A stretch of 36,473 bases of DNA from Actinomycetota bacterium (GTDB lineage: Bacteria; Actinomycetota; UBA4738; HRBIN12), in the NCBI GenBank assembly GCA_041486205.1, contig JBGPKY010000003.1, positions 1-36,473 on the forward strand, read 5' to 3'. Of this stretch, positions 9,343-18,399 are shown piece after piece. Below the pieces are notes generated by a model that had not been told where the DNA came from, did not search any database, and saw nothing but the letters and a program-made list of their open reading frames with translations. The translations under genes and the position numbers were made by a program. Numbering within the stretch: the stretch's first letter is position 1; each line of letters starts with the position of its first letter.

Positions 9343-9380
9343 GGGACGTTCGGCCCGCGTTCCCTAGGGTCGTGTGACCC
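9343..9380 (+). promoter_or_regulatory. Tandem DosR/DevR-like boxes upstream of hypF
   Basis: GGGACGTTCGGCCC (9343-9356) and palindromic GGGTC-GTGT-GACCC (9367-9380). Confidence 0.65.
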
Positions 9381-9407
9381 GCCCCTGTTGCTCCGGACCC
9401 GGCCACG

Positions 9408-11717
9408 ATGGCATACATAGGGATGGATCGGAGGTCGGCGGTGGCCAGGGTCGCGTCCGGACGTGCGCGAGCGACGACCGCTCGCGAGATCGAGGTCCGG
9501 GGAGTGGTCCAGGGCGTCGGTTTCCGGCCTTTCATCTGGCGACTCGCGGGCGGCCTTAGGGTCACGGGATGGGTCCGCAACGACGCCGGCGTCGTGAGGA
9601 TCCACGCAGAAGCGGAGCCGGCCGTACTCGAACGGTTCTGCGCGGCGATCACGGACGAGGCGCCGCCCCTCGCTCGGATCGAGGAAGTCCGGTGGACTCC
9701 AGTTCCATCCGAGGGGTTCGACGGGTTCGCGGTCGCGGAGAGCGGGGTAGGCGAGGGCGGTGAACGGCTCGTCTCGCCCGATGTCGCCACGTGCGAGGCT
9801 TGCCTGAGCGAGCTGTTCGATCCGCGAGACCGCCGCTTCCGGTATGCGTTCATCAACTGCACGGATTGCGGGCCCCGGTTCACGATCATCGAACGGCTCC
9901 CGTACGACCGCGAACGAACCAGCATGAGTGTGTTCCCGATGTGCGAGGACTGCGCGCGCGAGTATCTGGATCCCGGTGACCGGAGGTTCCACGCGGAGCC
10001 GGTCGCTTGTCCCGCCTGCGGACCGAAGCTGTCCTTGCTCGGGTCCGGTTGGTCGCCGGCCCGGGGAGACCCGGTGGGCGAAGCCGCGTCCCGGCTGGCT
10101 CGTGGCGAGATCGTCGCCCTCAAAGGGCTCGGCGGATTCCACCTCGCGTGCGACGCGACGAACGAAGATGCGGTTTCGGAACTCCGCCGGCGGAAGGCCC
10201 GCCCTGATAAGCCGTTCGCGGTGATGGCCGCCGATGTGGAGGCTTCACGGGGGCTGTTCGAGATGACCGCAGCCGAAGTCGCCTTGCTCGAGTCAAGGAC
10301 GGCGCCGATCGTGTTGGTGCGGGATCTCGGACGGCTCGCCCCGTCAGTGGCGCCGGCGCATCGCCGGCAGGGTGCGATGTTGCCGTCGACGCCCTTGCAC
10401 CATCTGCTGCTGCGCGAAGCCGACCGACCGCTGGTCATGACGAGCGGGAACCGCAGCGACGAGCCGATCTGCATCTCCAACGACGACGCGCGGGAGCGAC
10501 TATCGAGGGTCGCGGACGCGTTCCTCGTCCACGACCGTGAGATCGTCTCGCGCTACGACGACAGCGTGACGCGCGTGTGGCGGGACGCGCCGGTGCTGAT
10601 GCGCAGGGCGCGGAGCTACGCGCCCTCGCCCATCGGGCTCGGCGTGTCGGTCGCTCCGACGCTCGGTGTCGGAGCGGAGCTGCACGGGGCGTTCTGCCTG
10701 GCGAGCGGTGACCGCGCCTTCCTCTCCCAGCACGTCGGCGATCTCGACTCCGAAGAAGCGATGCGCGCGTATACCGATGCGCTGCAACGGTATCGGGAGA
10801 TATTCGGTCTCGAACCGGAGGTCGTCGCGCACGACCTGCATCCGGACTTCCTGACGACGCGGTTCGCGGAGTCCCTCGGGTTACCCTCGGTCGCCGTCCA
10901 ACACCACCACGCACACGTTGCTGCGGTTATGGCGGAGCATAGGTTGGAGGGCTCGGTGATCGGTGTCGCGTTCGACGGGTTCGGGCTCGGTGAGGACGGA
11001 ACCGGGTGGGGCGGTGAGTTCTTCGCCTGTGACGCGTCGCACGCTGAGCGACTCGGCCACCTTCGGCTTGTGCGGCAGCCGGGGGGAGACGCGGCCGTGC
11101 GCGAACCGGTTCGGATGGCGATCGCGCACGCGGCCGACGCGGGTTGCCTCGACGCAACTTCCGTTCTGTTGGGAGACGACGCGAGGGACGTCGACGCCGT
11201 CACCGGCCAGATCGCGTCGGGGCTCGCCTCGCCGATGACGAGTTCCATGGGACGGTTGTTCGATGCCGTAGCGGCCCTTGCGGGCGTATGCCGCCGGGCC
11301 ACCTACGAAGGGCAACCTGCGATTTTGCTCGAGCAGGCGGCCGCAGCCGACGCACGCGGATACCCGTTCGAGCTCGCCCGCGAGCAGGGGCGAGTCGTAG
11401 TCGACACGCGCCCGATCGTGGGGGCGGTCGTGGCCGACCTTACGGCGGGGGTCTCCGCGGGTGTCGTCGCCGGCCGGTTCCATGCGACGATCGCGGTCGT
11501 GGCTTTCGATGTGTGCCGGGAGATCCGAGAGGGAACGGGGCTCCGCCGCGTGTGTCTAGGCGGTGGCGTGTTCATGAACGACCTGCTGCTCACCGACCTG
11601 GTCACCCGACTGGATGCGAGCGGGTTCGAGGTGTTTGTGCCGCGCGAGGTTCCGGTCGGTGACGGCGGGATCGCGCTCGGGCAGGTACTGGTCGCGCACG
11701 GGCGGAGGGGGGGATAG
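9408..11717 (+). CDS. hypF: Carbamoyltransferase HypF
   Basis: Acylphosphatase VQGVGFRPF, zinc fingers CxxC...CTDCGPRF and CxxC...CPACGP, KGLGGFHL, QHHHAH, SSMGRLFD and DGGIALGQ. The true start may be slightly downstream. Confidence 0.95.
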   Translation: MAYIGMDRRSAVARVASGRARATTAREIEVRGVVQGVGFRPFIWRLAGGLRVTGWVRNDAGVVRIHAEAEPAVLERFCAAITDEAPPLARIEEVRWTPVPSEGFDGFAVAESGVGEGGERLVSPDVATCEACLSELFDPRDRRFRYAFINCTDCGPRFTIIERLPYDRERTSMSVFPMCEDCAREYLDPGDRRFHAEPVACPACGPKLSLLGSGWSPARGDPVGEAASRLARGEIVALKGLGGFHLACDATNEDAVSELRRRKARPDKPFAVMAADVEASRGLFEMTAAEVALLESRTAPIVLVRDLGRLAPSVAPAHRRQGAMLPSTPLHHLLLREADRPLVMTSGNRSDEPICISNDDARERLSRVADAFLVHDREIVSRYDDSVTRVWRDAPVLMRRARSYAPSPIGLGVSVAPTLGVGAELHGAFCLASGDRAFLSQHVGDLDSEEAMRAYTDALQRYREIFGLEPEVVAHDLHPDFLTTRFAESLGLPSVAVQHHHAHVAAVMAEHRLEGSVIGVAFDGFGLGEDGTGWGGEFFACDASHAERLGHLRLVRQPGGDAAVREPVRMAIAHAADAGCLDATSVLLGDDARDVDAVTGQIASGLASPMTSSMGRLFDAVAALAGVCRRATYEGQPAILLEQAAAADARGYPFELAREQGRVVVDTRPIVGAVVADLTAGVSAGVVAGRFHATIAVVAFDVCREIREGTGLRRVCLGGGVFMNDLLLTDLVTRLDASGFEVFVPREVPVGDGGIALGQVLVAHGRRGG

Positions 11718-11721
11718 CGGG

Positions 11722-11991
11722 ATGTGCCTCGGCGTTCCGGGCAAGGTGATCGAGGTCTTCGAGGAGGAAGGCCTGCGGATGGGAACCGCCGACTTCGGGG
11801 GGATCAAGCGGAAGGTCTGCCTCGAATACGCGCCGGAGGTTGAGGTTGGGCGCTTCGTCGTGATCCACGTCGGGTTCGCCATCTCCATCGTCGACGAAGA
11901 GGAGGCTGCCCGCTCCTACGCCTTGCTGGAGGAGATGGGGAACCTCGAGGGCATCGACCTGCCGCAGGACCCGGAGGGGGTGCGCGGGTGA
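11722..11991 (+). CDS. hypC: Hydrogenase assembly chaperone HypC
   Basis: N-terminal MCLGVPG and VIHVGFAI. Confidence 0.95.
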   Translation: MCLGVPGKVIEVFEEEGLRMGTADFGGIKRKVCLEYAPEVEVGRFVVIHVGFAISIVDEEEAARSYALLEEMGNLEGIDLPQDPEGVRG

Positions 11992-13091
11992 AGTTCCTCG
12001 ATGAGTACCGCGACGAACGGATCGCCCGCGCCCTGTTGGAGGACATCGCACGAGCGGCCACGCGGCCTTGGGTGCTGATGGAGGTCTGCGGCGGGCAGAC
12101 CCACACCCTGATCCGCCAGGGGATCGACCAGTTGCTGCCGTCGAACGTCGAGCTGGTCCACGGACCCGGTTGCCCCGTGTGCGTCACGCCGCTCGCGCTC
12201 ATCGACGACGCCATAGCTACCGCGAAACGGCCCGACGCGATCCTGTGTTCGTTCGGAGACATGCTCCGTGTGCCTGGTTCCGAGGAGGACCTTTTCATGG
12301 CGCGCGCGGCGGGCGGCGACGTGCGCGTCGTCTACTCGCCTCTCGACGCGCTGGAGATCGCTCGGCGGAACCCGGACAAGACGATCGTGTTCTTCGCGGT
12401 CGGCTTCGAGACGACCGCGCCTGCGAACGCGATGGCGGTTCGGCAGGCGAAGCAGCTCGGTATCGCGAACTTCGCGCTGCTCGTGGCGCACGTCCTGGTG
12501 CCGCCGGCGATCATGGCGATCCTCGTGTCGCCGGGGAACCGCGTACAGGGGTTCCTCGCGCCCGGCCACGTATGCGCGGTGCAGGGCTGGCGTGAGTACG
12601 AGCCGATCGCGCGCGGATTCGGCGTGCCACTCGTCGTAACGGGCTTCGAGCCGATCGACCTGCTCGAAGGCATCCTCATGGCGGTGAAACAGCTCGAGGA
12701 GGGCCGCGCGGAGGTGCAGAACCAATACGTGCGAGCCGTGCAGCGGGACGGCAACGCTCCCGCACAGGCGGTCGTCGCCGAGGTGTTCGAGACGTGCGAT
12801 CGCGCCTGGCGCGGGATCGGCGTGATCGAGAAGAGCGGGCTTCGCCTGCGTGAGGCCTACCGAGCCCACGACGCCGAACTCCTCTTCCCGCGCGAAGGTG
12901 TCCCAGCGAGCGAGTCCGAGATCTGCATCGCCGGACTCGTTCTCCGGGGTCGCGCGAAACCGAGTGAGTGTCCGGCCTACGGCACGCTTTGCACGCCCGA
13001 GAAGCCGCTCGGCGCCCCGATGGTGTCCTCCGAAGGCGCCTGCGCTGCATACTTCTTGGCCGGACGAGAACGCGTGGAGGCTGCGACGTGA
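11988..13091 (+). CDS. hypD: Hydrogenase formation protein HypD
   Basis: [25 protein letters not shown] and [14 protein letters not shown]. Confidence 0.96.
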   Translation: MKFLDEYRDERIARALLEDIARAATRPWVLMEVCGGQTHTLIRQGIDQLLPSNVELVHGPGCPVCVTPLALIDDAIATAKRPDAILCSFGDMLRVPGSEEDLFMARAAGGDVRVVYSPLDALEIARRNPDKTIVFFAVGFETTAPANAMAVRQAKQLGIANFALLVAHVLVPPAIMAILVSPGNRVQGFLAPGHVCAVQGWREYEPIARGFGVPLVVTGFEPIDLLEGILMAVKQLEEGRAEVQNQYVRAVQRDGNAPAQAVVAEVFETCDRAWRGIGVIEKSGLRLREAYRAHDAELLFPREGVPASESEICIAGLVLRGRAKPSECPAYGTLCTPEKPLGAPMVSSEGACAAYFLAGRERVEAAT

Positions 13092-14155
13092 ACGCCGGGG
13101 AACGCGAGTTCCAGATGGTCTGCCCGGTCCCGCTTCCGCCTGGCGAGACGATCCTGTTGGGCCACGGCAGCGGCGGGAAGCTCACCGCGCAACTGATCCG
13201 CGAGCTGTTCGTCCCGGTCCTGTCCGGAAGCGACGGCGACGCATCGCAGCTCTCCCGCCTCGGTGACGCGGCCGTGGTCGAGGTGAACGGCGTCAGGCTC
13301 GCGTTCAGCACGGACTCGTTCGTGGTCCAGCCGGCGTTCTTCCCCGGGTCGAACATCGGCGAGCTGGCGATCAACGGAACCGTGAACGATCTCGCGATGA
13401 TGGGCGCCAAGCCGCTGTACCTCTCGGCCGCGCTGATCCTCGAGGAAGGGCTGCCGATGGCGACGCTCGGCATCGTCACGGCGTCGATGGCGGAGGCGTG
13501 CAAGCTGGCAGGCGTCGCCCTGGTTACAGGCGACACGAAGGTCGTCGAACGCGGCAGCGCCGATGGGCTGTTCATCACGACCTCGGGGATCGGCGTCGTG
13601 CCCGAAGGGGTCGAGGTCGGCCCCGCTCGCGCGCGACCCGGCGACGTCGTCCTCGTTTCCGCTCCGGTCGGCTCGCACGGGGTCGCCGTGATGTCGCGAC
13701 GCGCCGGGATCGAGTTCGAGTCCGAGCTCGTCTCAGATACCGCGCCGCTCACCGGTCTCGTCGAGGCGATGCTTGCCGCCGGGGATGTCCGGTGCCTGCG
13801 CGACGCGACCCGCGGAGGTCTCGCGAGTGTGCTGAACGAACTGGCCGAAGCCTCCCGCGTATCGATCACTGCGGTCGAGAGCGACGTTCCGGTGCTCCCC
13901 GCCGTCCGCGCCGCTTGCGAGATGCTCGGTCTCGACCCTCTCTACGTCGCGAACGAAGGGGTCTGCGTCGCCATAGTCTCTCCGGAGGACGCCGACAACG
14001 TCCTCGCCGCCGCGCGCGCGAACCCCCTCGGCGCGAACGCCGCCACGATCGGTACGGTTGGCGACGGCTCTCCGAAGGTGTCGCTGAAGACCGGCCTCGG
14101 CGTGACGCGGCCGCTGCTGCTCCTCACCGGCGACCAGCTCCCGCGGATCTGCTGA
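13088..14155 (+). CDS. hypE: Hydrogenase expression/formation protein HypE
   Basis: HGSGG, GTVNDLA, GDTKVV, RDATRGG, ANEG and C-terminal PRIC; GTGA overlap with the hypD stop. Confidence 0.95.
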   Translation: MNAGEREFQMVCPVPLPPGETILLGHGSGGKLTAQLIRELFVPVLSGSDGDASQLSRLGDAAVVEVNGVRLAFSTDSFVVQPAFFPGSNIGELAINGTVNDLAMMGAKPLYLSAALILEEGLPMATLGIVTASMAEACKLAGVALVTGDTKVVERGSADGLFITTSGIGVVPEGVEVGPARARPGDVVLVSAPVGSHGVAVMSRRAGIEFESELVSDTAPLTGLVEAMLAAGDVRCLRDATRGGLASVLNELAEASRVSITAVESDVPVLPAVRAACEMLGLDPLYVANEGVCVAIVSPEDADNVLAAARANPLGANAATIGTVGDGSPKVSLKTGLGVTRPLLLLTGDQLPRIC

Positions 14156-14216
14156 GCTTGTCCAACCCGCGCACGAAGGGGTAGCGTGCCGATGCCCGAC
14201 AACGAGGGGTCCGAAC

Positions 14217-15236
14217 GTGACCGAGCGCGAGTTCCGGATCGACCAGAGTGAGCTCAGCCCCGAGGACGAGTACACCGAGTTCTCCGACTACGACCTTCCC
14301 CCATACGTCGGATCGACTTCGTTCCAGAAACTGCCGTGGTGCCCCGACGACCAGAGCTTCGAAGCGAGCGGCGCGGAGGTTGCGATCGTCGGCGCCCCGA
14401 TCGACGACGGCGCTTCGAACCGCGCCGGCGCTCGCTACGGACCGCGCGCGATCCGACAAGCGACGTACCACTCCGGCGACCTGTGGTCGATCCAGCTGGA
14501 GACCGAGGTCCTTTCGAAGATCAAGGCCGTCGACGCGGGCGACGCGCCCGTGGTGGCGTCGCGGCTCTCGCGGGGCCTCCGCGTGATCCACGAGAAGGTG
14601 TGGCGTGTCGCGCGCACCGGTGCCATCCCGATCGTCCTCGGGGGCGATCACTCCGTCACGTACCCCTCGGCCGCCGCCGTGGCGCGGGCGCGCGACCCTC
14701 GGAAGGTCGGCGTCGTGCACTTCGACGCACATGCCGACACGGGCAACGACGTGTGGGGCTCGCTCGTCTCGCACGGCACGCCTATGCGCCGGCTGATCGA
14801 AGAGGGTTGGGTGGCGGGCCCCAACTTCGTACAGATCGGGCTGCGTGGCTACTGGCCCGAGCGCGACACCTTCGAGTGGATGAAGGAGCGGGGCTTGCGC
14901 TGGCACAGGATGGTCGAGATCGAGGAGCGAGGAGCCGAGGCCGTGATCGCCGACGCGATCGCCGAAGCGCTCGACGGCCCGGACTGCATCTACCTCTCGA
15001 TCGACGTCGACGTCGTCGACCCTGGGAGCGCGCCGGGGACCGGGACGCCGGAGCCGGGTGGCATGCTGCCGCGAGAGTTGCTGCGCGCCGTCCGCCAGAT
15101 CGTGGGCAGCGTCGACCTCGTCGGCATGGACGTCGTCGAAGTCTCGCCGCCCTACGACCATGCGGACGTGACCGCGGCCCTCGCGCATCGCTGCGTCCTG
15201 GAGGCCCTTTCGGCCCTCGCGGCCAAGAAGGGTTGA
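14217..15236 (+). CDS. speB: Agmatinase/ureohydrolase family protein
   Basis: GARYGP, GGDHS, DAHAD, SHGTP and SIDVDVVDP..APGTGTPEPGG. Candidate own promoter TTGTCC-N18-TAGCGT at 14158-14187. Exact substrate uncertain. Confidence 0.85.
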   Translation: MTEREFRIDQSELSPEDEYTEFSDYDLPPYVGSTSFQKLPWCPDDQSFEASGAEVAIVGAPIDDGASNRAGARYGPRAIRQATYHSGDLWSIQLETEVLSKIKAVDAGDAPVVASRLSRGLRVIHEKVWRVARTGAIPIVLGGDHSVTYPSAAAVARARDPRKVGVVHFDAHADTGNDVWGSLVSHGTPMRRLIEEGWVAGPNFVQIGLRGYWPERDTFEWMKERGLRWHRMVEIEERGAEAVIADAIAEALDGPDCIYLSIDVDVVDPGSAPGTGTPEPGGMLPRELLRAVRQIVGSVDLVGMDVVEVSPPYDHADVTAALAHRCVLEALSALAAKKG

Positions 15237-15255
15237 ACCGCCGTAGTCTGACCGC

Positions 15256-15600
15256 ATGGTCACGCGCGAACGATTCGAGGGGCTCGTCGCCGATGCGCTC
15301 GACGGCTTGCCCCCGTGGGTATTGGAACGGATGGAGAACGTCGAGGTGGTCGTGATCGAGGTCCCGCCGCCCGACCAGCCGAACCTCCTCGGCCTCTACC
15401 ACGGCATCCCACTGACCAAGCGCGGCGCGGGCTACGCGGGCGTGTTGCCCGACACCATCACGCTGTACCGCAGCACGATCCAGCGTAGCGCCCGCGACGA
15501 GGAGCAGCTGCGTGCTCTCATCACGCACACCGTCGAGCATGAGATCGCGCACTTCTTCGGGATCTCCGACGACCGCCTCCGCGACATGGACCGGTACTGA
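15256..15600 (+). CDS. Zinicin-like metallopeptidase (DUF1025)
   Basis: LLGLYHGIPL, PDTITLYR and HEIAHFFGI (HExxH). Confidence 0.88.
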   Translation: MVTRERFEGLVADALDGLPPWVLERMENVEVVVIEVPPPDQPNLLGLYHGIPLTKRGAGYAGVLPDTITLYRSTIQRSARDEEQLRALITHTVEHEIAHFFGISDDRLRDMDRY

Positions 15601-15601
15601 G

Positions 15602-16057
15602 ATGGCGACCGACCTCGATAAGGAACTGATGCGCGCGGCGATCGAGGAGGGACAGTCTGCCGCGCACTGGGGCGACGTGCCGGTCGGCGCCGTCGTTGCG
15701 ATCGGCGACAAGATCGTCGGGAAGGGACGAAACGTCCGCGAGCGTCAGCAGGATCCGACCGGCCATGCCGAGATCCGCGCACTCCGGGCGGCGAGCGAGA
15801 CGATCGGGAACTGGCACCTGGAAGGCTGCACGCTCTACGTCACGCTCGAACCCTGCGCCATGTGCGCCGGCGCGATGGTGCTAGCGCGGATCGAGCGCCT
15901 GGTCTTCGGCGCGAAAGACCCGAAGGCCGGGTTCGCGGGGTCGCTCGGCGATCTGGTTCGGGATCCACGGCTGAACCACGAGGTCGAGGTGGAGTCCGGC
16001 GTTCTCGCCGGAGCGTGCGGCGACTTGCTGAAGGACTTCTTCAAGGGACGGCGCTAG
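15602..16057 (+). CDS. tadA: tRNA adenosine(34) deaminase TadA
   Basis: DVPVGAV, DPTGHAE, TLEPCAMCAGA, DPKAG and LNH; adjacent to tRNA-Ser genes. Confidence 0.93.
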   Translation: MATDLDKELMRAAIEEGQSAAHWGDVPVGAVVAIGDKIVGKGRNVRERQQDPTGHAEIRALRAASETIGNWHLEGCTLYVTLEPCAMCAGAMVLARIERLVFGAKDPKAGFAGSLGDLVRDPRLNHEVEVESGVLAGACGDLLKDFFKGRR

Positions 16058-16065
16058 GGCTTCGC

Positions 16066-16458
16066 TCAGCCCTCGCGAGTGCGCTTGCGCATCTCGGTGC
16101 GGATCTGCTCGCAGACCTCGGGCATCTCGTCGGCCATCTCCGAGAAGTCGCGGGCATGCATCACGATCGCCCGAAGGGGCGTGCTCGCGACGACCGAGGC
16201 GGTCCGGCGGTCGTGTTCGAGGAGCGCGATCTCGCCGAAGAAGTCCCCGGCCCCTAGATCGGCCAGGCGTTCGCCGTCACGTGTGACCGTCGCGGTTCCC
16301 TCCTCGATCACGAAGAACTCGTAGGGGAACTCGCCCTGCTCGACGAGATGCTTCCCCAGACCAACGTCGATCTCGTCTGTCCACCGCGCGATCCGATCGC
16401 GTTCCTTGTTCGACAACCCTGCGAACAGCGGGACCTTCTTGAGTCGGTCGGCGTCCAT
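16066..16458 (-). CDS. Stand-alone cyclic-nucleotide-binding domain protein
   Basis: LKKVPLF, FFVIEEG and GDFFGEIALL...RTASV; no HTH; AGGAGG RBS before ATG 16458. Confidence 0.85.
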   Translation of the reverse strand: MDADRLKKVPLFAGLSNKERDRIARWTDEIDVGLGKHLVEQGEFPYEFFVIEEGTATVTRDGERLADLGAGDFFGEIALLEHDRRTASVVASTPLRAIVMHARDFSEMADEMPEVCEQIRTEMRKRTREG

Positions 16459-16537
16459 CTCCCCCTCCTGCGCCCGATGTCCGGGCATCCTGCCACACGC
16501 GGCCGCGCGGCGGGAGGCCCTTGCTAAACTCGGCGGC

Positions 16538-16627
16538 GGAGGCGTGCCGGAGCGGACGAACGGGACCGCCTCGAAAGCGGTTAGGGGCCTAAACCGCCCC
16601 TCGCGTGTTCGAATCACGCCGCCTCCG
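16538..16627 (+). tRNA. tRNA-Ser (anticodon CGA)
   Basis: Acceptor GGAGGCG/CGCCTCC+G, anticodon arm ACCGC-CTCGAAA-GCGGT, long variable arm, T-arm GCGTG-TTCGAAT-CACGC; CCA not encoded. Extended -10 TGcTAAACT at 16522-16530. Confidence 0.95.
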
Positions 16628-16637
16628 CGCTTCGCTG

Positions 16638-16673
16638 AACGGCCGCCTCTTCATCGGGCGGCCGTTTCGCTTG
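16638..16673 (+). terminator. Stem-loop terminator after tRNA-Ser(CGA)
   Basis: Perfect 10-bp stem AACGGCCGCC/GGCGGCCGTT with a T-containing tail. Confidence 0.6.
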
Positions 16674-16689
16674 TCCGTAGAATCTCCCC

Positions 16690-16776
16690 GGAGGCCTGCC
16701 CGAGCGGACGAAGGGGCACGCCTGGAGAGCGTGTAGGGGGGCAACCCCCTCGCGGGTTCGAATCCCGCGGCCTCCG
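16690..16776 (+). tRNA. tRNA-Ser (anticodon GGA)
   Basis: Acceptor GGAGGCC/GGCCTCC+G, anticodon arm CACGC-CTGGAGA-GCGTG, variable arm AGGGGG-GCAA-CCCCCT, T-arm GCGGG-TTCGAAT-CCCGC; -10 TAGAAT at 16678-16683. Confidence 0.95.
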
Positions 16777-16780
16777 CTCC

Positions 16781-17683
16781 TCACAGCTGTTTCGAGTAGC
16801 GCGTGTACGAGCGCCGAACGCTCATGCCGACCTTCTCGTACAGGCCGAGCGCGCCCGTGCGAGAGTCGGTGTTCAGGCTGCACACCGTCTTCCCGCGAGC
16901 GTGGAAGCCGCCGAAAGCTTGTTGAAGGAGCGAGCGGGCGATGCCTCGGTGGCGGTGCGTCGCCTTCGTAGCGAGCTGCTGCACCCATCCCTCACCGGGG
17001 ACGTCGAAGCAGAGCGCGGCGCCGACGATCTCATCGCCGTCGAAGGCGAGCGGAGAGCCCTCCGCGACGAACGACGGGCGATCGACCACCTGCGTCCGCC
17101 AGTCCTCGTACGACCACGGCTCCTCGCGGTCGGGCCATTCGTTGAAGGCGTCGTCGATCAGGCGGAAGGCCTCCTCGTCGTCGCGGCCGGGCTCGAACAT
17201 CCGGAGCCGGATGCCATCGGGCAGGACCGGCTCGGGCGGAGGTCGCTCGTCGAGGTGGATCTCGAGGATCCAGGACGTGAATCTCGGCGCGTAGCCGTTC
17301 CGGTTGAACAACTCGATCGCGGCGGTGTTCGCGTCGGTCACGGTCTGGCCGATGATGGTCGCGCCGAGCTCGCGGGCCCGCTCCTCGGTCCACGCGAGTA
17401 TCCGCGTTCCGATCCCGCGACCTCGGTAGGGTGGGTGGACGTCCGCATACGAGCGGCCGTGCCAGAAATCGGCGAAGGCGACGAGCGCGTCGCCGTCGAA
17501 GACGAGCACGGTGTCGAGCGAAGGATCCGATCCGGAACGGCGGAAATCCACGACGACGTCCTCTCGGTCGATCTCTGCGACCCCGTCGGCGTCCAGCTCG
17601 CAGGCGACGACGAGCGCCGTGATCGCATCGACGTCGCCGATCGTCGCGGGTCGCGAGGTGAGCCCGGTCGGAAGCTCGGTCAA
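16781..17683 (-). CDS. Tandem-GNAT acetyltransferase (MshD-like architecture)
   Basis: Two acetyl-CoA motifs VHPPYRGRGIG and HRHRGIA, plus ALGLYEKVGM. Start is TTG 17683 (TTGA overlap, GGAG RBS) or GTG 17695. Confidence 0.8.
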   Translation of the reverse strand: MTELPTGLTSRPATIGDVDAITALVVACELDADGVAEIDREDVVVDFRRSGSDPSLDTVLVFDGDALVAFADFWHGRSYADVHPPYRGRGIGTRILAWTEERARELGATIIGQTVTDANTAAIELFNRNGYAPRFTSWILEIHLDERPPPEPVLPDGIRLRMFEPGRDDEEAFRLIDDAFNEWPDREEPWSYEDWRTQVVDRPSFVAEGSPLAFDGDEIVGAALCFDVPGEGWVQQLATKATHRHRGIARSLLQQAFGGFHARGKTVCSLNTDSRTGALGLYEKVGMSVRRSYTRYSKQL

Positions 17684-18393
17684 GTCGGTCTCCACCCCGG
17701 ACAAACCTGCGGCGCAACGGCTCCCGGTACCTCCTTCAGAGACTCCAGCGCGTCGCGTACGTCGTCGAACGTCGTCCAGCCGATGAACGGTACCCCGTCG
17801 CGTTCGCAGATCGGAACCAGGTCGTCCTTCGCGAAGACGACATCCGAGTACAGAGCGCCGTATCTGTCCGACTGCCCCTCGCCGACGAATGCGACCGGTC
17901 CGTGCCGGTCGCGTGCGCGGAGCGCGGCAAGCATCTTGCAGGTGCCGCAGCCGACGCATTCCGGATGACCGCTCGGATGCCGAAGGATCCAGACGCCGTT
18001 GCCGTACGCGAGTTCGTTCGTGATCACCTCGAGGCGCTCGAGGCCCGCTGCTTCCAAGATCGGCCGGATGTAGAACCCGAAGCCGTCCGAGACGAGGGTG
18101 AGCGGTAGCTCCCGTTCCTCCGCCCATGCGACGAAGGGCTCGAACGTCGGGTCGAGCGGGCACTCGGCGACGGCTTTCTCGATCATCTGCTCCCGTGTGG
18201 CGGCGAGCATCGCCGCTTGGTGGGCGGCGGCGTCCCGCAAGCTCATCTCGTGGCTGTCGACCATCTCCCCGTACCACTCCCAGGGATACCCGCCGATGCG
18301 CTCATCGCCGAACGCCCGCAGTAGGACCACGGAGACATCGGCGACGCACGCCGTCCCGTCGAAGTCGACGACGATCGAGCCGATCGGAAGCAT
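17680..18393 (-). CDS. HAD-IB family phosphatase (MtnX-like)
   Basis: DFDGT motif I, VSDG motif II, CVGCGTCK and GEGQSD...VVFAK. Confidence 0.82.
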   Translation of the reverse strand: MLPIGSIVVDFDGTACVADVSVVLLRAFGDERIGGYPWEWYGEMVDSHEMSLRDAAAHQAAMLAATREQMIEKAVAECPLDPTFEPFVAWAEERELPLTLVSDGFGFYIRPILEAAGLERLEVITNELAYGNGVWILRHPSGHPECVGCGTCKMLAALRARDRHGPVAFVGEGQSDRYGALYSDVVFAKDDLVPICERDGVPFIGWTTFDDVRDALESLKEVPGAVAPQVCPGWRPT

Positions 18394-18399
18394 CGAGGG

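Noticed and set aside
11707-11713. G7 run at the end of hypF as a phase-variation tract
   Set aside because: It is short, lies after the last conserved motif, and overlaps the hypC ribosome-binding region.
14217-15236. Ureohydrolase next to hyp genes as a Ni-dependent guanidine hydrolase (GdmH)
   Set aside because: It has classical DAHAD and SHGTP motifs rather than GdmH-type DRH.D/HTCPW, no hypAB-like chaperones or guanidine riboswitch are visible, and it appears to have its own promoter.
17680-18393. Methionine salvage (mtnX) pathway
   Set aside because: No mtnW, mtnB, mtnD, mtnK or mtnA in the window; only family-level similarity.
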